From the IMG/VR virus record IMGVR_UViG_3300045988_060960: a DNA stretch of 64,000 bases. The stretch is one strand, 5' to 3'. The notes beneath the pieces were generated by a model. It was not told the origin of the DNA. It saw nothing but the letters and a program-made list of their open reading frames with translations, and searched no databases. The translations under genes were made by a program, and so were the position numbers. Below are positions 10,626-21,059 of this stretch, in pieces. The stretch is from a virus. Position 1 is the first letter of the stretch; each line of letters begins with the position of its first letter.

Positions 10626-12107
10626 TTACAGAGAAACGCGGAGGACGCCCTTGGTTTTAACCTGATGCACGGCGCCAGAGAGCTGCGCTTCCCAGTAGAT
10701 GTCGGGCATAACGCGATTCCGGCGCTGATCGTCCGTGGCGTCTGCAAACTTGGGGATAGTGACGGTGTACAGCCCGGCGCGGCTTTTCTGGTCAACGGCA
10801 ACGATTTTGTGGTCGTCGTCAGCGGCCTCGGCGAGAGTCTGCAAGACGGCAGATGCAATCAGCCCGAAGCCGGCATCATCGTAGTCGATGTTGGCGTTTT
10901 CGAGCATGATGTCGTAGAGCAGGTCACGCATACGTTTTGCGATCCAGTCTCCGCCGAGAACAACGTCGATGAACTCGCCGTTGAGGCACACGCCCTCCTT
11001 CACATACTGGCGTTTGTACTCCTCCGTGAGGAAGTTCACGTGGTTTTCCAGAAGCTGCTCCCGCTCGGCGTCGGTCAGACGCGGGAGCGAGATGAGTTTC
11101 TCACCCTCGCTGGTGTTGGCGTTGCCGTCTTGGGGGCGCTTGAATTTCCAAGTGACCGCCTTCGGATAAAAGGGACCCACATTTCCGGTGTAAGAGGCGT
11201 CCGGTTCCTCGTTCAGATACTCCTCATCCGTGTAGATTACAGCGGCCCGAGCGGTGGAGCTGACGAGCTGCTTATTGCTGGTCTGCCCCATGTAGAACTT
11301 TCGGTGGTCTTCAACACCAGCACCAAGCTCTGCCTCAGTAGGTTCACTGGCCTCCGCAAACTTCGCGAGGGCAATGACGTATTCGTCGTCGTCCTTGTCG
11401 GTCAGCAGGTAGTACCAGTCATTCGTTACCTCCGTCTGAAATTGCTTGATGGCGTTTACGAGATTATCAGCAGCGCTGATCTCGTCCGAGCCGTTTACAA
11501 ACTCCGCAGTCAGTTCGGCGGCGAAGGGAGTGGTCATGCCTTCGTCCTCGAAGATTTCAACCCGCTCGGGGATGGAATCTGCTTCACCGGAAACGGTAGC
11601 CGTGTAGAGGACGGTATCACCCACAGCCGCGCCGGAGTAAGTTTTCCCGCCAATCTCAAAGCTGGTTCCATCAAACAACGCGGCAAACTGTGCTGCGGTA
11701 GTTACGGCTGATTTGGCGGTCACTTTCACAAGGGCCTTGCCGTCTCCGCCAATTCTCGCCCACAGCTCCTTGCTTGCGTCCACACTCTGCGGTTCCGCGA
11801 ATGTTACAGCGAAGGTTGCGGTCACGGCAGGAGATGCGCTGGGAGGCTCAAAGCCTACGATTTTGAACTTGCTGATAAGGGTGTCCGCGAGGGTCGTTTT
11901 ACCCTGATTTAGCAAGGTTGTCACCTTGCGAACGATTTTGGAGTTGGGGCAAGGCCCGTCGGGGCCAAACACGGCCTCAACACTCGCCAGATCCCGGTAC
12001 GTGTTCACCGGATATTCGCCGGTGGTGGACACGAGAAGGATGTCGAGGCTCTCCTTTTCAGTGGGCAGCGCGTCTCGCTGCACCACGACGATGATGTCTT
12101 TTGCCAT
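10626..12107 (-). CDS. Contractile tail sheath protein; mirror copy
   Basis: Exact mirror of 45376..46857(+); identical 493-aa ORF. Confidence 0.75.
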   Translation of the reverse strand: MAKDIIVVVQRDALPTEKESLDILLVSTTGEYPVNTYRDLASVEAVFGPDGPCPNSKIVRKVTTLLNQGKTTLADTLISKFKIVGFEPPSASPAVTATFAVTFAEPQSVDASKELWARIGGDGKALVKVTAKSAVTTAAQFAALFDGTSFEIGGKTYSGAAVGDTVLYTATVSGEADSIPERVEIFEDEGMTTPFAAELTAEFVNGSDEISAADNLVNAIKQFQTEVTNDWYYLLTDKDDDEYVIALAKFAEASEPTEAELGAGVEDHRKFYMGQTSNKQLVSSTARAAVIYTDEEYLNEEPDASYTGNVGPFYPKAVTWKFKRPQDGNANTSEGEKLISLPRLTDAEREQLLENHVNFLTEEYKRQYVKEGVCLNGEFIDVVLGGDWIAKRMRDLLYDIMLENANIDYDDAGFGLIASAVLQTLAEAADDDHKIVAVDQKSRAGLYTVTIPKFADATDDQRRNRVMPDIYWEAQLSGAVHQVKTKGVLRVSL

Positions 12108-12122
12108 AAGGCTTCCTCCTTC

Positions 12123-12653
12123 TTATGAATGAGCATTTCCCGAAGGATCGTTTACTCGCTCGACTGTTACTGTCGGCATCTCATCGGTTCTGACAAACGA
12201 GATGCGGATGTCGAATCCATACCGGCGAACGGAATCCTCTACGAGAAAGCTGGTGCGGTTTGCGGCGGCGCCCACATTATTCACAACAACATCGCCAAAT
12301 TCGGTTCTGATGTTGTGTCCGTTCAGCAAGAAAAAGCCTAAGCCTTTTTCACAAAGGGCGAGGGCTTCATCCTCTCCGTACACAAAACCATTTTCAGTTT
12401 CACGGTTCATGCTGCAAAAAGTGAAGGACATTGTAGCCATCACAGGTTCTGACCTGCGACGGATGAACTCTCCGTCTTTCTCGATCAGCTCTTGCAAGCC
12501 GAAAGCGTGTTCTGAAATTCGCGGAGCAAGAATGCTGTAATAGCAATACGGATAATCTGGCATATCTTCGATCTGCTCAGATAGCCGAACCGGTCGTCCG
12601 ATGTGGGCTTCCAGTCCTGCAACGATTGCGTTGCGAGCTTGTTCCAGCGTCAT
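12123..12653 (-). CDS. Hypothetical neck/tail-completion protein; mirror copy
   Basis: Exact mirror of 44830..45360(+); identical 176-aa ORF. Confidence 0.6.
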   Translation of the reverse strand: MTLEQARNAIVAGLEAHIGRPVRLSEQIEDMPDYPYCYYSILAPRISEHAFGLQELIEKDGEFIRRRSEPVMATMSFTFCSMNRETENGFVYGEDEALALCEKGLGFFLLNGHNIRTEFGDVVVNNVGAAANRTSFLVEDSVRRYGFDIRISFVRTDEMPTVTVERVNDPSGNAHS

Positions 12654-13000
12654 TTCTTTACCACCCCTTCCACCAAAAAGCGGAGCATGGGGTGAATAGA
12701 GTTGTGCGACAGTTTTTGCGTGACGGTGTACTGCTGACCGTCGTAGGTGTCTCGGATAATCTGTCCGGGAGAAATGTCGATCGGGTCATCGGTGTACAGC
12801 TTCTGAGAGTTTTGTGTGTAGGTTCCTTCAGGAAGCATCTTCCAATCCAAGTTGGAAAGGGGGAGCACTACGCCCCAGAAGCTCTTTACCGGTTTTTCCA
12901 CGGGCCTCGACTGCCCGCCGGGGCCGCGCTCGAATGTGCGGTCTGTCACGGTCAGAATGTGTAAAAGCGCTCGTGGAAGTCTTGGTGTTGCACGAAGCAT
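12650..13000 (-). CDS. Hypothetical neck protein; mirror copy
   Basis: Exact mirror of 44483..44833(+); identical 116-aa ORF. Confidence 0.6.
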   Translation of the reverse strand: MLRATPRLPRALLHILTVTDRTFERGPGGQSRPVEKPVKSFWGVVLPLSNLDWKMLPEGTYTQNSQKLYTDDPIDISPGQIIRDTYDGQQYTVTQKLSHNSIHPMLRFLVEGVVKK

Positions 13001-13003
13001 AGA

Positions 13004-13432
13004 TTACTCCTCCACTTTGTACGCGATGCGGTCTCTGATGTGAGTACCTGTTTCATACAGCGTCGTGTGCTGCGTTTTCTTTGAGAAATCAGATTGCGGC
13101 TTGACACGGTTATCGTCGATGAAGTTCTGCACGAGTTGAGCAGCCTGCGCCCCAATGGCGTTCGCTGCGGAACTTGCGGATGTTTCACCTGTCAGAACCT
13201 TGTCTACCTGCTTTGTAACAATGCCGCTGAGCTTTTCTTGGTCGGCATCGAAACTCGCTCGTATGAACGAGCGTTCTGGCAGCTTATCAGTACCGTACTC
13301 ATGCGCGTGGGCAATCGCGATAACTTCCGAATCTGCCTCGCCCACAATCCCGACAATGATTTTCTTGCCCGCCATCTCACGGCAGGCGGATTTCAGGCGC
13401 TCAAAGTCGCTGAGTATCGCATTGGTGTCCAC
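13004..13432 (-). CDS. HK97 gp10-like head-tail joining protein; mirror copy
   Basis: Exact mirror of 44051..44479(+). Confidence 0.6.
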   Translation of the reverse strand: MDTNAILSDFERLKSACREMAGKKIIVGIVGEADSEVIAIAHAHEYGTDKLPERSFIRASFDADQEKLSGIVTKQVDKVLTGETSASSAANAIGAQAAQLVQNFIDDNRVKPQSDFSKKTQHTTLYETGTHIRDRIAYKVEE

Positions 13433-13434
13433 GA

Positions 13435-14058
13435 TCAATACCTCCGATACATATTGATAATCTGGGACCAAGATTCAGGCTGAGACTTGTCGAAATTCCA
13501 TGTCACGTCAGAGATAGAGAAAGACGACAGCCCCTGAGAACCATTTTGCAGATTGGTATACGCCTGAGAGACGATATCCCAAATCAGCCCTTCAAGATCC
13601 GCAGGCAGGGTCTGAGGGTCATCGGCAGTGGCATCCTTTGGTAAAACATATCCCGCCGTGTAGCTCACTTCGATGGCCCTCTTGGGCGCTACAATGTCGT
13701 AGGCCAGACCTCTGCGGTATCCTGCTTTCAGCCAGCCCTCGTCCCGGTAAATCACCCCGATCTGTCCGTCCTGCGAGAAGTCATAGGTTTTCGGGTCAAC
13801 TACTTTGCCGTCTTCCTTGACATACTCCACACTGATGATGGGGTATTCCAGAGTGACGAGTTCCTGCTGTCCGTCGGCATCGTATTTTTGCCGGTAAGAC
13901 CGGCGGCCCAAATGCCTGCCGATCTGGCGCTCGATCCACGAGGACGCCCGGTTAATCAGGAGCGTGATGACCTCATCAGTTTGAGCATCCTCTACTCCTG
14001 CCAACCCCAGCATCAGCTTCATTCTGTCGAGGGTTGTGAGCGCATTGTCTGCAAGCAT
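13435..14058 (-). CDS. Head-tail connector (gp6-like) protein; mirror copy
   Basis: Exact mirror of 43425..44048(+); identical 207-aa ORF. Confidence 0.65.
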   Translation of the reverse strand: MLADNALTTLDRMKLMLGLAGVEDAQTDEVITLLINRASSWIERQIGRHLGRRSYRQKYDADGQQELVTLEYPIISVEYVKEDGKVVDPKTYDFSQDGQIGVIYRDEGWLKAGYRRGLAYDIVAPKRAIEVSYTAGYVLPKDATADDPQTLPADLEGLIWDIVSQAYTNLQNGSQGLSSFSISDVTWNFDKSQPESWSQIINMYRRY

Positions 14059-14087
14059 ATAGACCTCCTAAATGAGAGGCGGCAAGA

Positions 14088-14234
14088 TTATTTCTCGCCG
14101 CCAGCGTCTTTCTTTTTGTCGTCGGGCTTTACGCCCCCGGCGGGTGCGGGTGCCGCCGAGCCGGGAGCCTTGTTGCTGCTGGGGCCAGTTGCCTTGTTGG
14201 CGGAAGGCCCGACAGGTTTGTAGATTCTCGGCAT
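14088..14234 (-). CDS. Small Pro/Ala/Gly-rich basic ORF (48 aa); mirror copy
   Basis: Exact mirror of 43249..43395(+). Confidence 0.3.
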   Translation of the reverse strand: MPRIYKPVGPSANKATGPSSNKAPGSAAPAPAGGVKPDDKKKDAGGEK

Positions 14235-14248
14235 GGTCATTCCCTCCG

Positions 14249-14617
14249 TTACACGGGCTGGGTGTGCTTGTCGCCGAGAGCGATGGACAGGGCAGTGCCG
14301 GTAGCGGCAGCGCCGGAGGCGGTAATCTTCACAAAGTCCTTCAGACCCAGCAGGTCGATGTCGATGTTCACGACATCATCTTTTGCCAGCTCCTCAGTGG
14401 TGAAGGTACCGCCCTCGGTCTGCTTCTCAGGAAACACCTGAACATCGGTTACGGGGACGAAATCGGAATTGTCATCACTGTGGGTGACGGTCAGGGTCAG
14501 CGCACCGGCGGTCCCGATCTTGGCGCCAATCACGCCGGACAGGAAACCGGACCGGTCAATGGCCTCCCCAGAGGTGTAGGGCAGAACTTTGACGTTCTGA
14601 AGCAGTTCTCTTTTCAT
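14249..14617 (-). CDS. Hypothetical head protein (possible decoration protein); mirror copy
   Basis: Exact mirror of 42866..43234(+); identical 122-aa ORF. Confidence 0.6.
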   Translation of the reverse strand: MKRELLQNVKVLPYTSGEAIDRSGFLSGVIGAKIGTAGALTLTVTHSDDNSDFVPVTDVQVFPEKQTEGGTFTTEELAKDDVVNIDIDLLGLKDFVKITASGAAATGTALSIALGDKHTQPV

Positions 14618-14633
14618 TGCTGTTTACCTCCTA

Positions 14634-16256
14634 TTACACGGGGACAGAAACCTTGGAGGCCACGGCGAAACTCTCGTCATGGCGCAGGCCGGTGTCCACA
14701 TTGTTGATGGCGCGAACCAGCGTCTGGTCGTTCTCGAAAGCGGAGATCAGGTTGCCGGCGTCATCGGTCCAAGAGCCTTCACGGCTGGTCTCGATTTCCA
14801 GAGCGCCCTGCTCGCCGATAACCAGATCGTTCCAGTTGCCGAAGATGATCTGGGTTTTACCGCCCACAGTTTCCAGCAGGTTGGTGGTCTTGTAGGGGTA
14901 GCCAACCAGAGTGCCGTTCTTGTTCATCTCGTCAGCGAAGATGAAGCCGCCAACATTGTCGCGAAGGGACTTGAAGAACTGTTCCACGCTGGTGTTGAAC
15001 ACGAAGCCCAGACCGTCGGCATAGACGTTGTTCTTCAGGACGGAAGCCACGAGGTAGTTGGGGAAGGCGGCGGTCAGGACGCCGGCAGTGCTGGCGTATT
15101 CAGTGCCGAGGCTGGTCACGTCCAGATTCAGGACGTTCTTGTTGCGGGTGATACCGAGAGGCTGGAACTCACCGCCGGAACCCAGAAGCGCGCCGAAGTC
15201 AACGCCGAGGGCCATCTGCTTGGTGACATCCTGACCAACGATGACGTCGTTGTCGAAGTTGGTAGAGCGCAGCAGATCGTTACTCATGGGGATGAGGGCG
15301 GTCAGCTTCTTGGCAGACAGCTTCAGGTTGCCGAACTTGGGAGCGGACTTGGGCAGAGAACGGCTCTCACCAGTAAACAGAGCACGGGAACCGGTCTTGA
15401 TCTTGGGGATGTTCAGGTTGCCATTATTCATGCCGAGCCGGCGGGCGCCCAGGCTATAAATAACGGTGGAGGGGTACAGCAGCTCGATGATCTCGTTGGC
15501 GTACACCTCGGGAACCAGATAACCACCGTCGGAAGGAGAGGTCACAGACAGGGCCTTAAACTCATGCGCCATCTCAGTGTCGCCGAATTTACGCTCCGCA
15601 GTGAAAGCGGCCTTCTCGGCGTCGCCGCCGGATGCGTGGATGCACTTCACAGCACGGCCAAACATACCGTAGGCAGCTTTGCGGCGCTCGGGGCCGGACA
15701 TGGATTCCATACGAGCCTTGAAGCCGGTAGTCCGCACACTGTCACGAGAAGCGCCGGTAGAGAGGAACAGGCTTGCGTACTTGCGCTGGGGAGCGCCCAC
15801 ACGCTCACCAGAGCGGGCCGCCTTGGTCTCAGTGACACCGGCGGTACCCTTTGTCTCAGAGGCGGGAGCGGCGCTCTTGGCGCCCTCAGAAGCGCCCATA
15901 GCACCCAGAGCGGCGATCACCTTGGCGATCAGCTCGGGAGACACGGCAGCGCCCATGTCTTCGCCTTCGCCCTTCTCAGCGACGACGCCAGCAGCGGGAG
16001 CGGCAAAAGCGAGCGGGTCGGTAACAGCGAGCGGGTCGGTAACAGCAGCTGCGGCAACACCGTCGCCTTCGCTCTCACCAGAGCCAAAGCCTTCGTCACC
16101 CAGCGCGCCGAGGATGTTGTTTACCTCGGAGATAATATCATCGGTGGAGAAGCCGCCGGGGGCACCTTCGCCCTCCTTGCAAGCCTTGCGACGCTCGTCG
16201 AGATTGGAAAACACCTTCGCAATCAGTTCGGCGAGCTGTTCCTGAGTAAGTTTCAT
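14634..16256 (-). CDS. Major capsid protein, HK97 fold; mirror copy
   Basis: Exact mirror of 41227..42849(+); identical 540-aa ORF. Confidence 0.85.
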   Translation of the reverse strand: MKLTQEQLAELIAKVFSNLDERRKACKEGEGAPGGFSTDDIISEVNNILGALGDEGFGSGESEGDGVAAAAVTDPLAVTDPLAFAAPAAGVVAEKGEGEDMGAAVSPELIAKVIAALGAMGASEGAKSAAPASETKGTAGVTETKAARSGERVGAPQRKYASLFLSTGASRDSVRTTGFKARMESMSGPERRKAAYGMFGRAVKCIHASGGDAEKAAFTAERKFGDTEMAHEFKALSVTSPSDGGYLVPEVYANEIIELLYPSTVIYSLGARRLGMNNGNLNIPKIKTGSRALFTGESRSLPKSAPKFGNLKLSAKKLTALIPMSNDLLRSTNFDNDVIVGQDVTKQMALGVDFGALLGSGGEFQPLGITRNKNVLNLDVTSLGTEYASTAGVLTAAFPNYLVASVLKNNVYADGLGFVFNTSVEQFFKSLRDNVGGFIFADEMNKNGTLVGYPYKTTNLLETVGGKTQIIFGNWNDLVIGEQGALEIETSREGSWTDDAGNLISAFENDQTLVRAINNVDTGLRHDESFAVASKVSVPV

Positions 16257-16261
16257 TTTCG

Positions 16262-17014
16262 TTACCTCCTGTTAGGTGAGGGGACAATCTCGAAGACAAT
16301 CCCCGATGTTTTGGTCTGCTCAGGTTTCTGCGCAGATTTTTGGATGTTGTTCTGGGTCTGAGTTTCCTCCGGCGGCGCCGGTTCAAGGAACGGGCCGAGG
16401 ATTTCAGCAAGTTCCCGGACAACTGCGATAAAGGGTTTCAGAGCGTCAAGCCGTGCGCGGGTAATTTTGCCAGCCTTGATCTCAGAACGGAGATCTTCGG
16501 CGAGCGATTTTACCTCGTTGATCTTGGCCTGGTCATTCATAGCCCAGGTCACAATGGAAACTTCCCACAGCCTGATTTCTTTCAGATGCCGAACGCCATC
16601 ATCTTTGTCGAAGTCGAAAGATACTGCATCGTAGCCGATAGACAGTTCTGTCAGTACGCCGTCTCTGAGCAGCGTTTTGATGTCGCGGCCCATAGAGGTG
16701 TCACTGATTTTGCCCCGGATGAAAAGACCTCTCTCATCCTCACGCAGTTCCAATGGTCTGCCGACAGGAAGCCAGCAATCGTTGTGCAGCGCGAGGATCT
16801 TGATTCGGTCAAAATCCTCTCTGATGGTCTTGGAGAACGCGCCTTTCTCGATGATGTCATCGCCGCTGTCCCTGTTTCCAAACACAGCCGCGTACCCAGA
16901 GAACTCGCCACTCTCATCAGAGTTTTCCAGTTCAAACTTGAACGCCTTGTACTCACAAGTAGAGGCTTTCGGCTCCGGCGTAGCACCGGCAGCTCGTTTT
17001 CCCTTAATAGCCAT
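16262..17014 (-). CDS. HK97-family prohead protease; mirror copy
   Basis: Exact mirror of 40469..41221(+); identical 250-aa ORF. Confidence 0.8.
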   Translation of the reverse strand: MAIKGKRAAGATPEPKASTCEYKAFKFELENSDESGEFSGYAAVFGNRDSGDDIIEKGAFSKTIREDFDRIKILALHNDCWLPVGRPLELREDERGLFIRGKISDTSMGRDIKTLLRDGVLTELSIGYDAVSFDFDKDDGVRHLKEIRLWEVSIVTWAMNDQAKINEVKSLAEDLRSEIKAGKITRARLDALKPFIAVVRELAEILGPFLEPAPPEETQTQNNIQKSAQKPEQTKTSGIVFEIVPSPNRR

Positions 17015-17050
17015 ACGGTTTACCTCCTTTCCTCAGAGATTAGGGCAATC

Positions 17051-19171
17051 TTAAAAACCGCCGTATGTCAGGTAACAACGGCAGTTGATAAGCTCTTCCG
17101 GGCGAGGGTCCTGCGGATCACGCGGATAGCGCAAACCGTTAGAGAACCTGCCATCAATCGGCACGGTCTCGCCATTTAGGATTACATGGTTAGGTCCATT
17201 CGACCCGTCCCTCGGGTTTTTCTGTGGCCTGTGATGCCATGTTTTAGTTTTCGCGCCGGCAGATTTCATCATGTCAAACTGCCCTGTGGCCAGTGTCGTC
17301 ATGGTTTCTTGCCGCGCAATGGTTTTCACGCGGGCAGCAGACGCAAAATTCATCTCGTCCTTGATGTACTGTCGCAAGGTGGCTTGGCTCGAACCCTCCG
17401 CCACTCCGCGCGATATGATTTCCGCAATCTTACGCTTGGTGGCTTGTTCAATACCGACGATCCTTTGCCCGCCGTTCACCTTGGCGTGGGTTACGAATTC
17501 AGGCCGGTCCACTTCAGTGAGGTTGTAGATTTCCTCACTGATTTTTACGCCATCGGAGTAGGTTTTCCGCCAGATCGGGTTAAAAAGTTGAATCAACTTC
17601 TCGGCTTCAGCGTTCCAATCCAGCAGCCCATCGGCAATGGCCTCGGTGATCCGGCGCTGCTCATCTTCTGGCAGAGCGTCCCACAGGTCAGGGTCGAACA
17701 TACCGTCGTCTGTGAGGAACCGGGACAGTGCCTCGAATACGTCGTCTGCGACGGCCTTGCTCGTGAGGCCGAGAGCCTCTGACACAGCGTCGATCTGGTC
17801 GCGGAAGTGTTTGGTCACGGCAGCCTCGAAAAGCCGCACGTCGGCCCGCTCGGCCTCAGCTTCGCGGCGGACGAGAGCTTCGGGGTTTACTCTGGCCCTC
17901 TTTTTCTCTCCCCATCCCCAGGACTGCTGCAACGCAAGATCATCTTGGAGCATGGATTGAGAAACGTCAGCCATGCTGTCTGTTTCATTCAAGAACAGGT
18001 CGTTGATGGAAACTTTGAATACATTCCCACCTTCGATGTCGGGCATATCCAGAAGTCTCCGAGCCTCGTTCTGCATGAGCAGGCCGGAGTTCCAGCCGTC
18101 GAGAGCCTTTGCCTTATCGAACTCCTTATCGTAGGGAATCACAGGGTCAAATCGCCAGATAAGTCCGTCTCCGAACAGGGGGAGCAGCTGCTTGTTGATG
18201 GCTTCCTCACGCATTTTGATGCGCGGGGCGAGTACATTCTTGGCGTAGATATACTGCGCAGCGTCGGCAGTTGCGCGGTTGCTGTTCTCGGTGATGCCCA
18301 TGATCTCGCGCGGAACACCAAAGTGTTCCAGAACAGCATCTCGAATTGCGATGCGGCTTTCCACGAAGCTCAGGTTCTTTCCGTTGCTGCTCCCCAGTTC
18401 TTTCACATCTACACGGCCCGAAAAGGCAGCTGCTAGGTGGCTGTTCTCCACTCCGCGATGCTTCTGGTTCCAGCGGGCCAGAAAGGCATCCCGCTGGTCA
18501 TCCGTGGCATCCGGCATGAGGAATACCACCGGGGGCGTGGCGTCGTTGTAGAAGAAGCGCTTTTGGAACCTTGCGGCGTACTCGTCAATTTCGACCTCAT
18601 CAGCTATGCTCTCGGCAATACCGAGGCCGCGCAAGAACGGGTCGAGCGGGTTAAGCTGCTTCATCACGAACATATCATCGACGGGGACCTGCATTGTCAG
18701 CCCTCCGGGGGAGACAATGGTATAGGTTGGGCTGCCGAGATACGGCGTCATCTTTACCCAATGCGGGGGGACATTCCACAGCTCAACGGGACGATTCCGT
18801 TCATCCCGCTCGATAAGGAAAAAGCTCTCACCGACGAGCATCAGATAAATCTCATGTAGTCGCCAGATGGCGGAGCTGGTCATCTCGTACAGAGGGTTGG
18901 GCTGCTCCATGAAATCGAGAAAACGATGGCTCGTAATCTCAGTTTCTGTTCCGTCCTCCTCCACTTTCAACAGCTTCCCGCTGATGGTGGCAAGGTCGCT
19001 CGCAATACGGTCCACCACAGCAAGTCGAGGGCTTTTGGAGAACATATCCAGCCACTGCGCCGTGTTCAAAGAGGGCGGTCTCGCCCAGCGCGAAACGAAG
19101 TTATCCTTGGCGGTTTTCATATACTCGTCCCGGACACTTCGGCGCGTGATTTCAAGATTAAAGATTCTCAT
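17051..19171 (-). CDS. Portal protein fused to MuF/SPP1 gp7-like minor head domain; mirror copy
   Basis: Exact mirror of 38312..40432(+); identical 706-aa ORF. Confidence 0.8.
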   Translation of the reverse strand: MRIFNLEITRRSVRDEYMKTAKDNFVSRWARPPSLNTAQWLDMFSKSPRLAVVDRIASDLATISGKLLKVEEDGTETEITSHRFLDFMEQPNPLYEMTSSAIWRLHEIYLMLVGESFFLIERDERNRPVELWNVPPHWVKMTPYLGSPTYTIVSPGGLTMQVPVDDMFVMKQLNPLDPFLRGLGIAESIADEVEIDEYAARFQKRFFYNDATPPVVFLMPDATDDQRDAFLARWNQKHRGVENSHLAAAFSGRVDVKELGSSNGKNLSFVESRIAIRDAVLEHFGVPREIMGITENSNRATADAAQYIYAKNVLAPRIKMREEAINKQLLPLFGDGLIWRFDPVIPYDKEFDKAKALDGWNSGLLMQNEARRLLDMPDIEGGNVFKVSINDLFLNETDSMADVSQSMLQDDLALQQSWGWGEKKRARVNPEALVRREAEAERADVRLFEAAVTKHFRDQIDAVSEALGLTSKAVADDVFEALSRFLTDDGMFDPDLWDALPEDEQRRITEAIADGLLDWNAEAEKLIQLFNPIWRKTYSDGVKISEEIYNLTEVDRPEFVTHAKVNGGQRIVGIEQATKRKIAEIISRGVAEGSSQATLRQYIKDEMNFASAARVKTIARQETMTTLATGQFDMMKSAGAKTKTWHHRPQKNPRDGSNGPNHVILNGETVPIDGRFSNGLRYPRDPQDPRPEELINCRCYLTYGGF

Positions 19172-19183
19172 ATTTCACCTCGA

Positions 19184-20644
19184 TTAGAAATTGAAAGAGA
19201 AGCCGAACGGCTGCTTTTCTTCCAGTTCAAGGTAGGCGTTTGCTGACGCATCCACCATATCTTTCAGTTTCCCTACGGGGAAGTTTTCAAGCTGCCTGAA
19301 ATACTCGTCATTCCACTCTGCGAGTTTTACATCGACATTTCCGGCAAGCCACTGAGAGGAAAATGGTTCTGCTCTTGTTACCTTGTCTCCGCTTTCAAGC
19401 GAGGTGGTAACAGTGAAGCCTCCCAGCATTCTCACAAAGCTCTGGGCCTGATCCTTTCCAGCTTGTCCGGGGTCCTGCGGAAGTCGGATAGTCACATTTC
19501 CGTAGAGCGCATTGTCGCTCTGGGCAGTGTTCAGAATGAGTTGTCGCACATCAGCGCCGTTTTCGCGGACATTTATGACGTCCGCGACAAAGATCCGGCC
19601 ATTCTTTCTCTTTCCGAGAAGAACGCCTGCTGTATAAGCGCTGCTGTCGCTACGACTGTTTTTACGTAGAGCCTGCGGCAGTCCGTCAAGTTCGTCCACT
19701 TCACCGGGCGCCGTAGCGGCAAGGTCCCAAGCACGAACCCACCGAACAACGTCGGTAGGCACCGCATGGAACATCTGCCCGACTTTGGAGCGTTTGAAGT
19801 AATGCCCGGCGGATCTTCGGATTTTCCAGTTGCCGTTCAGCAGCTGTTCCTGGTCGAACTCAGACATCGCTCTCAGAGCGCCCATGTATCCAGGGTCGTG
19901 TTTCATCATGGCGGCGTTGTCCGTCAGCTTGGCGCTGATGAAGGATACGGACTTTACGTCTTCTTGCTCCTCCGGGGAATACAGACGGAAAGTTTCGTAC
20001 AGTTCCTGCGGAGTATCGGCCCAGTGGATGATGTTATTTCGCCGGACGAAGTATCGCAGCTTTCCGCATTTACTTTCGTCAGCGTACCCGGTTTCCGGGT
20101 CGATCCACCAGTCGATGAACTTCGCCACCCAGCTCTCGCCGTCAGGGTTGCAAGTGGCGCGGATATGCGGCTTTACGCCGCAGGTTGAGCGGTTACGAGA
20201 GAACATATAGAAAAACTGGCTCTCCGTGAAATGCACGAGTTCGTCGAACATCAGGAGCGGGATCTGAGAACCCTGCCAGTTGTATTTCTCTTTCTCGTAG
20301 AACATATGAGCGAACGTCACTTTGGCGCCAGACTGAAATCGCCACTGCACATTTGGCGTCAAAACGCTTGTCGCACCAAGATACGGATAGATCTCTTGGC
20401 TTGTGGCGTACAGACCGCCAGCGCTCATAATCTGCGGTCTGGACTGGCGGAATATTACGGCCTCGAACAGTTTGTTATCTACGTGCCGCAGACATTCAAG
20501 CAGCAGCGCAAAGGTCTTTCCGCCGCCCGCTGCGCCGCCATAAATACAAATGTCAGCCGGGGACCGCAGAAACATTTCCTGCTTTCCCTTTTGCGGGCGA
20601 ATAATTACCGGGCAGCTGCCGGAATCAGTCTTTCTTTTTGCCAT
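19184..20644 (-). CDS. terL: Terminase large subunit; mirror copy
   Basis: Exact mirror of 36839..38299(+). Confidence 0.9.
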   Translation of the reverse strand: MAKRKTDSGSCPVIIRPQKGKQEMFLRSPADICIYGGAAGGGKTFALLLECLRHVDNKLFEAVIFRQSRPQIMSAGGLYATSQEIYPYLGATSVLTPNVQWRFQSGAKVTFAHMFYEKEKYNWQGSQIPLLMFDELVHFTESQFFYMFSRNRSTCGVKPHIRATCNPDGESWVAKFIDWWIDPETGYADESKCGKLRYFVRRNNIIHWADTPQELYETFRLYSPEEQEDVKSVSFISAKLTDNAAMMKHDPGYMGALRAMSEFDQEQLLNGNWKIRRSAGHYFKRSKVGQMFHAVPTDVVRWVRAWDLAATAPGEVDELDGLPQALRKNSRSDSSAYTAGVLLGKRKNGRIFVADVINVRENGADVRQLILNTAQSDNALYGNVTIRLPQDPGQAGKDQAQSFVRMLGGFTVTTSLESGDKVTRAEPFSSQWLAGNVDVKLAEWNDEYFRQLENFPVGKLKDMVDASANAYLELEEKQPFGFSFNF

Positions 20645-21059
20645 TCTCACCAACCTCCGAATCTCTCTCAGGCAGGTAAATCTGGACCTGCGGCTGGACA
20701 GAAAGGGGAGTTCCAGTGATCTTGGCCTCCACAGCTTTCCGGTCGTTGAAGAAGTCGCCGCCGTACACCTTCAAGGCATAAATTATGGCGGTCGTATCTC
20801 CACTCGACACGCGCTCCATCAATTTGTTCTGGCACATAGCCACAACGGCAAGACGGCCATTCTTGATGGCTTTCTCCAAAGCAGCGTGTTCTTTTTGGAG
20901 GTTTTGCAAGGTTCGTCTGGTGATGTCGAACACTTTCGCGATCTCATCCATCGACTTACCCTGCATGGCGAGGGACTGCACAATGGCGAGGTTGTTTTCA
21001 ACCTCGCCAGATTCTATCCACTGCTCGAACAGGTCCTTTCTCTTTTTCTCATTAGCCAT
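20625..21059 (-). CDS. terS: Terminase small subunit (HTH); mirror copy
   Basis: Exact mirror of 36424..36858(+); identical 144-aa ORF. Confidence 0.7.
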   Translation of the reverse strand: MANEKKRKDLFEQWIESGEVENNLAIVQSLAMQGKSMDEIAKVFDITRRTLQNLQKEHAALEKAIKNGRLAVVAMCQNKLMERVSSGDTTAIIYALKVYGGDFFNDRKAVEAKITGTPLSVQPQVQIYLPERDSEVGENGKKKD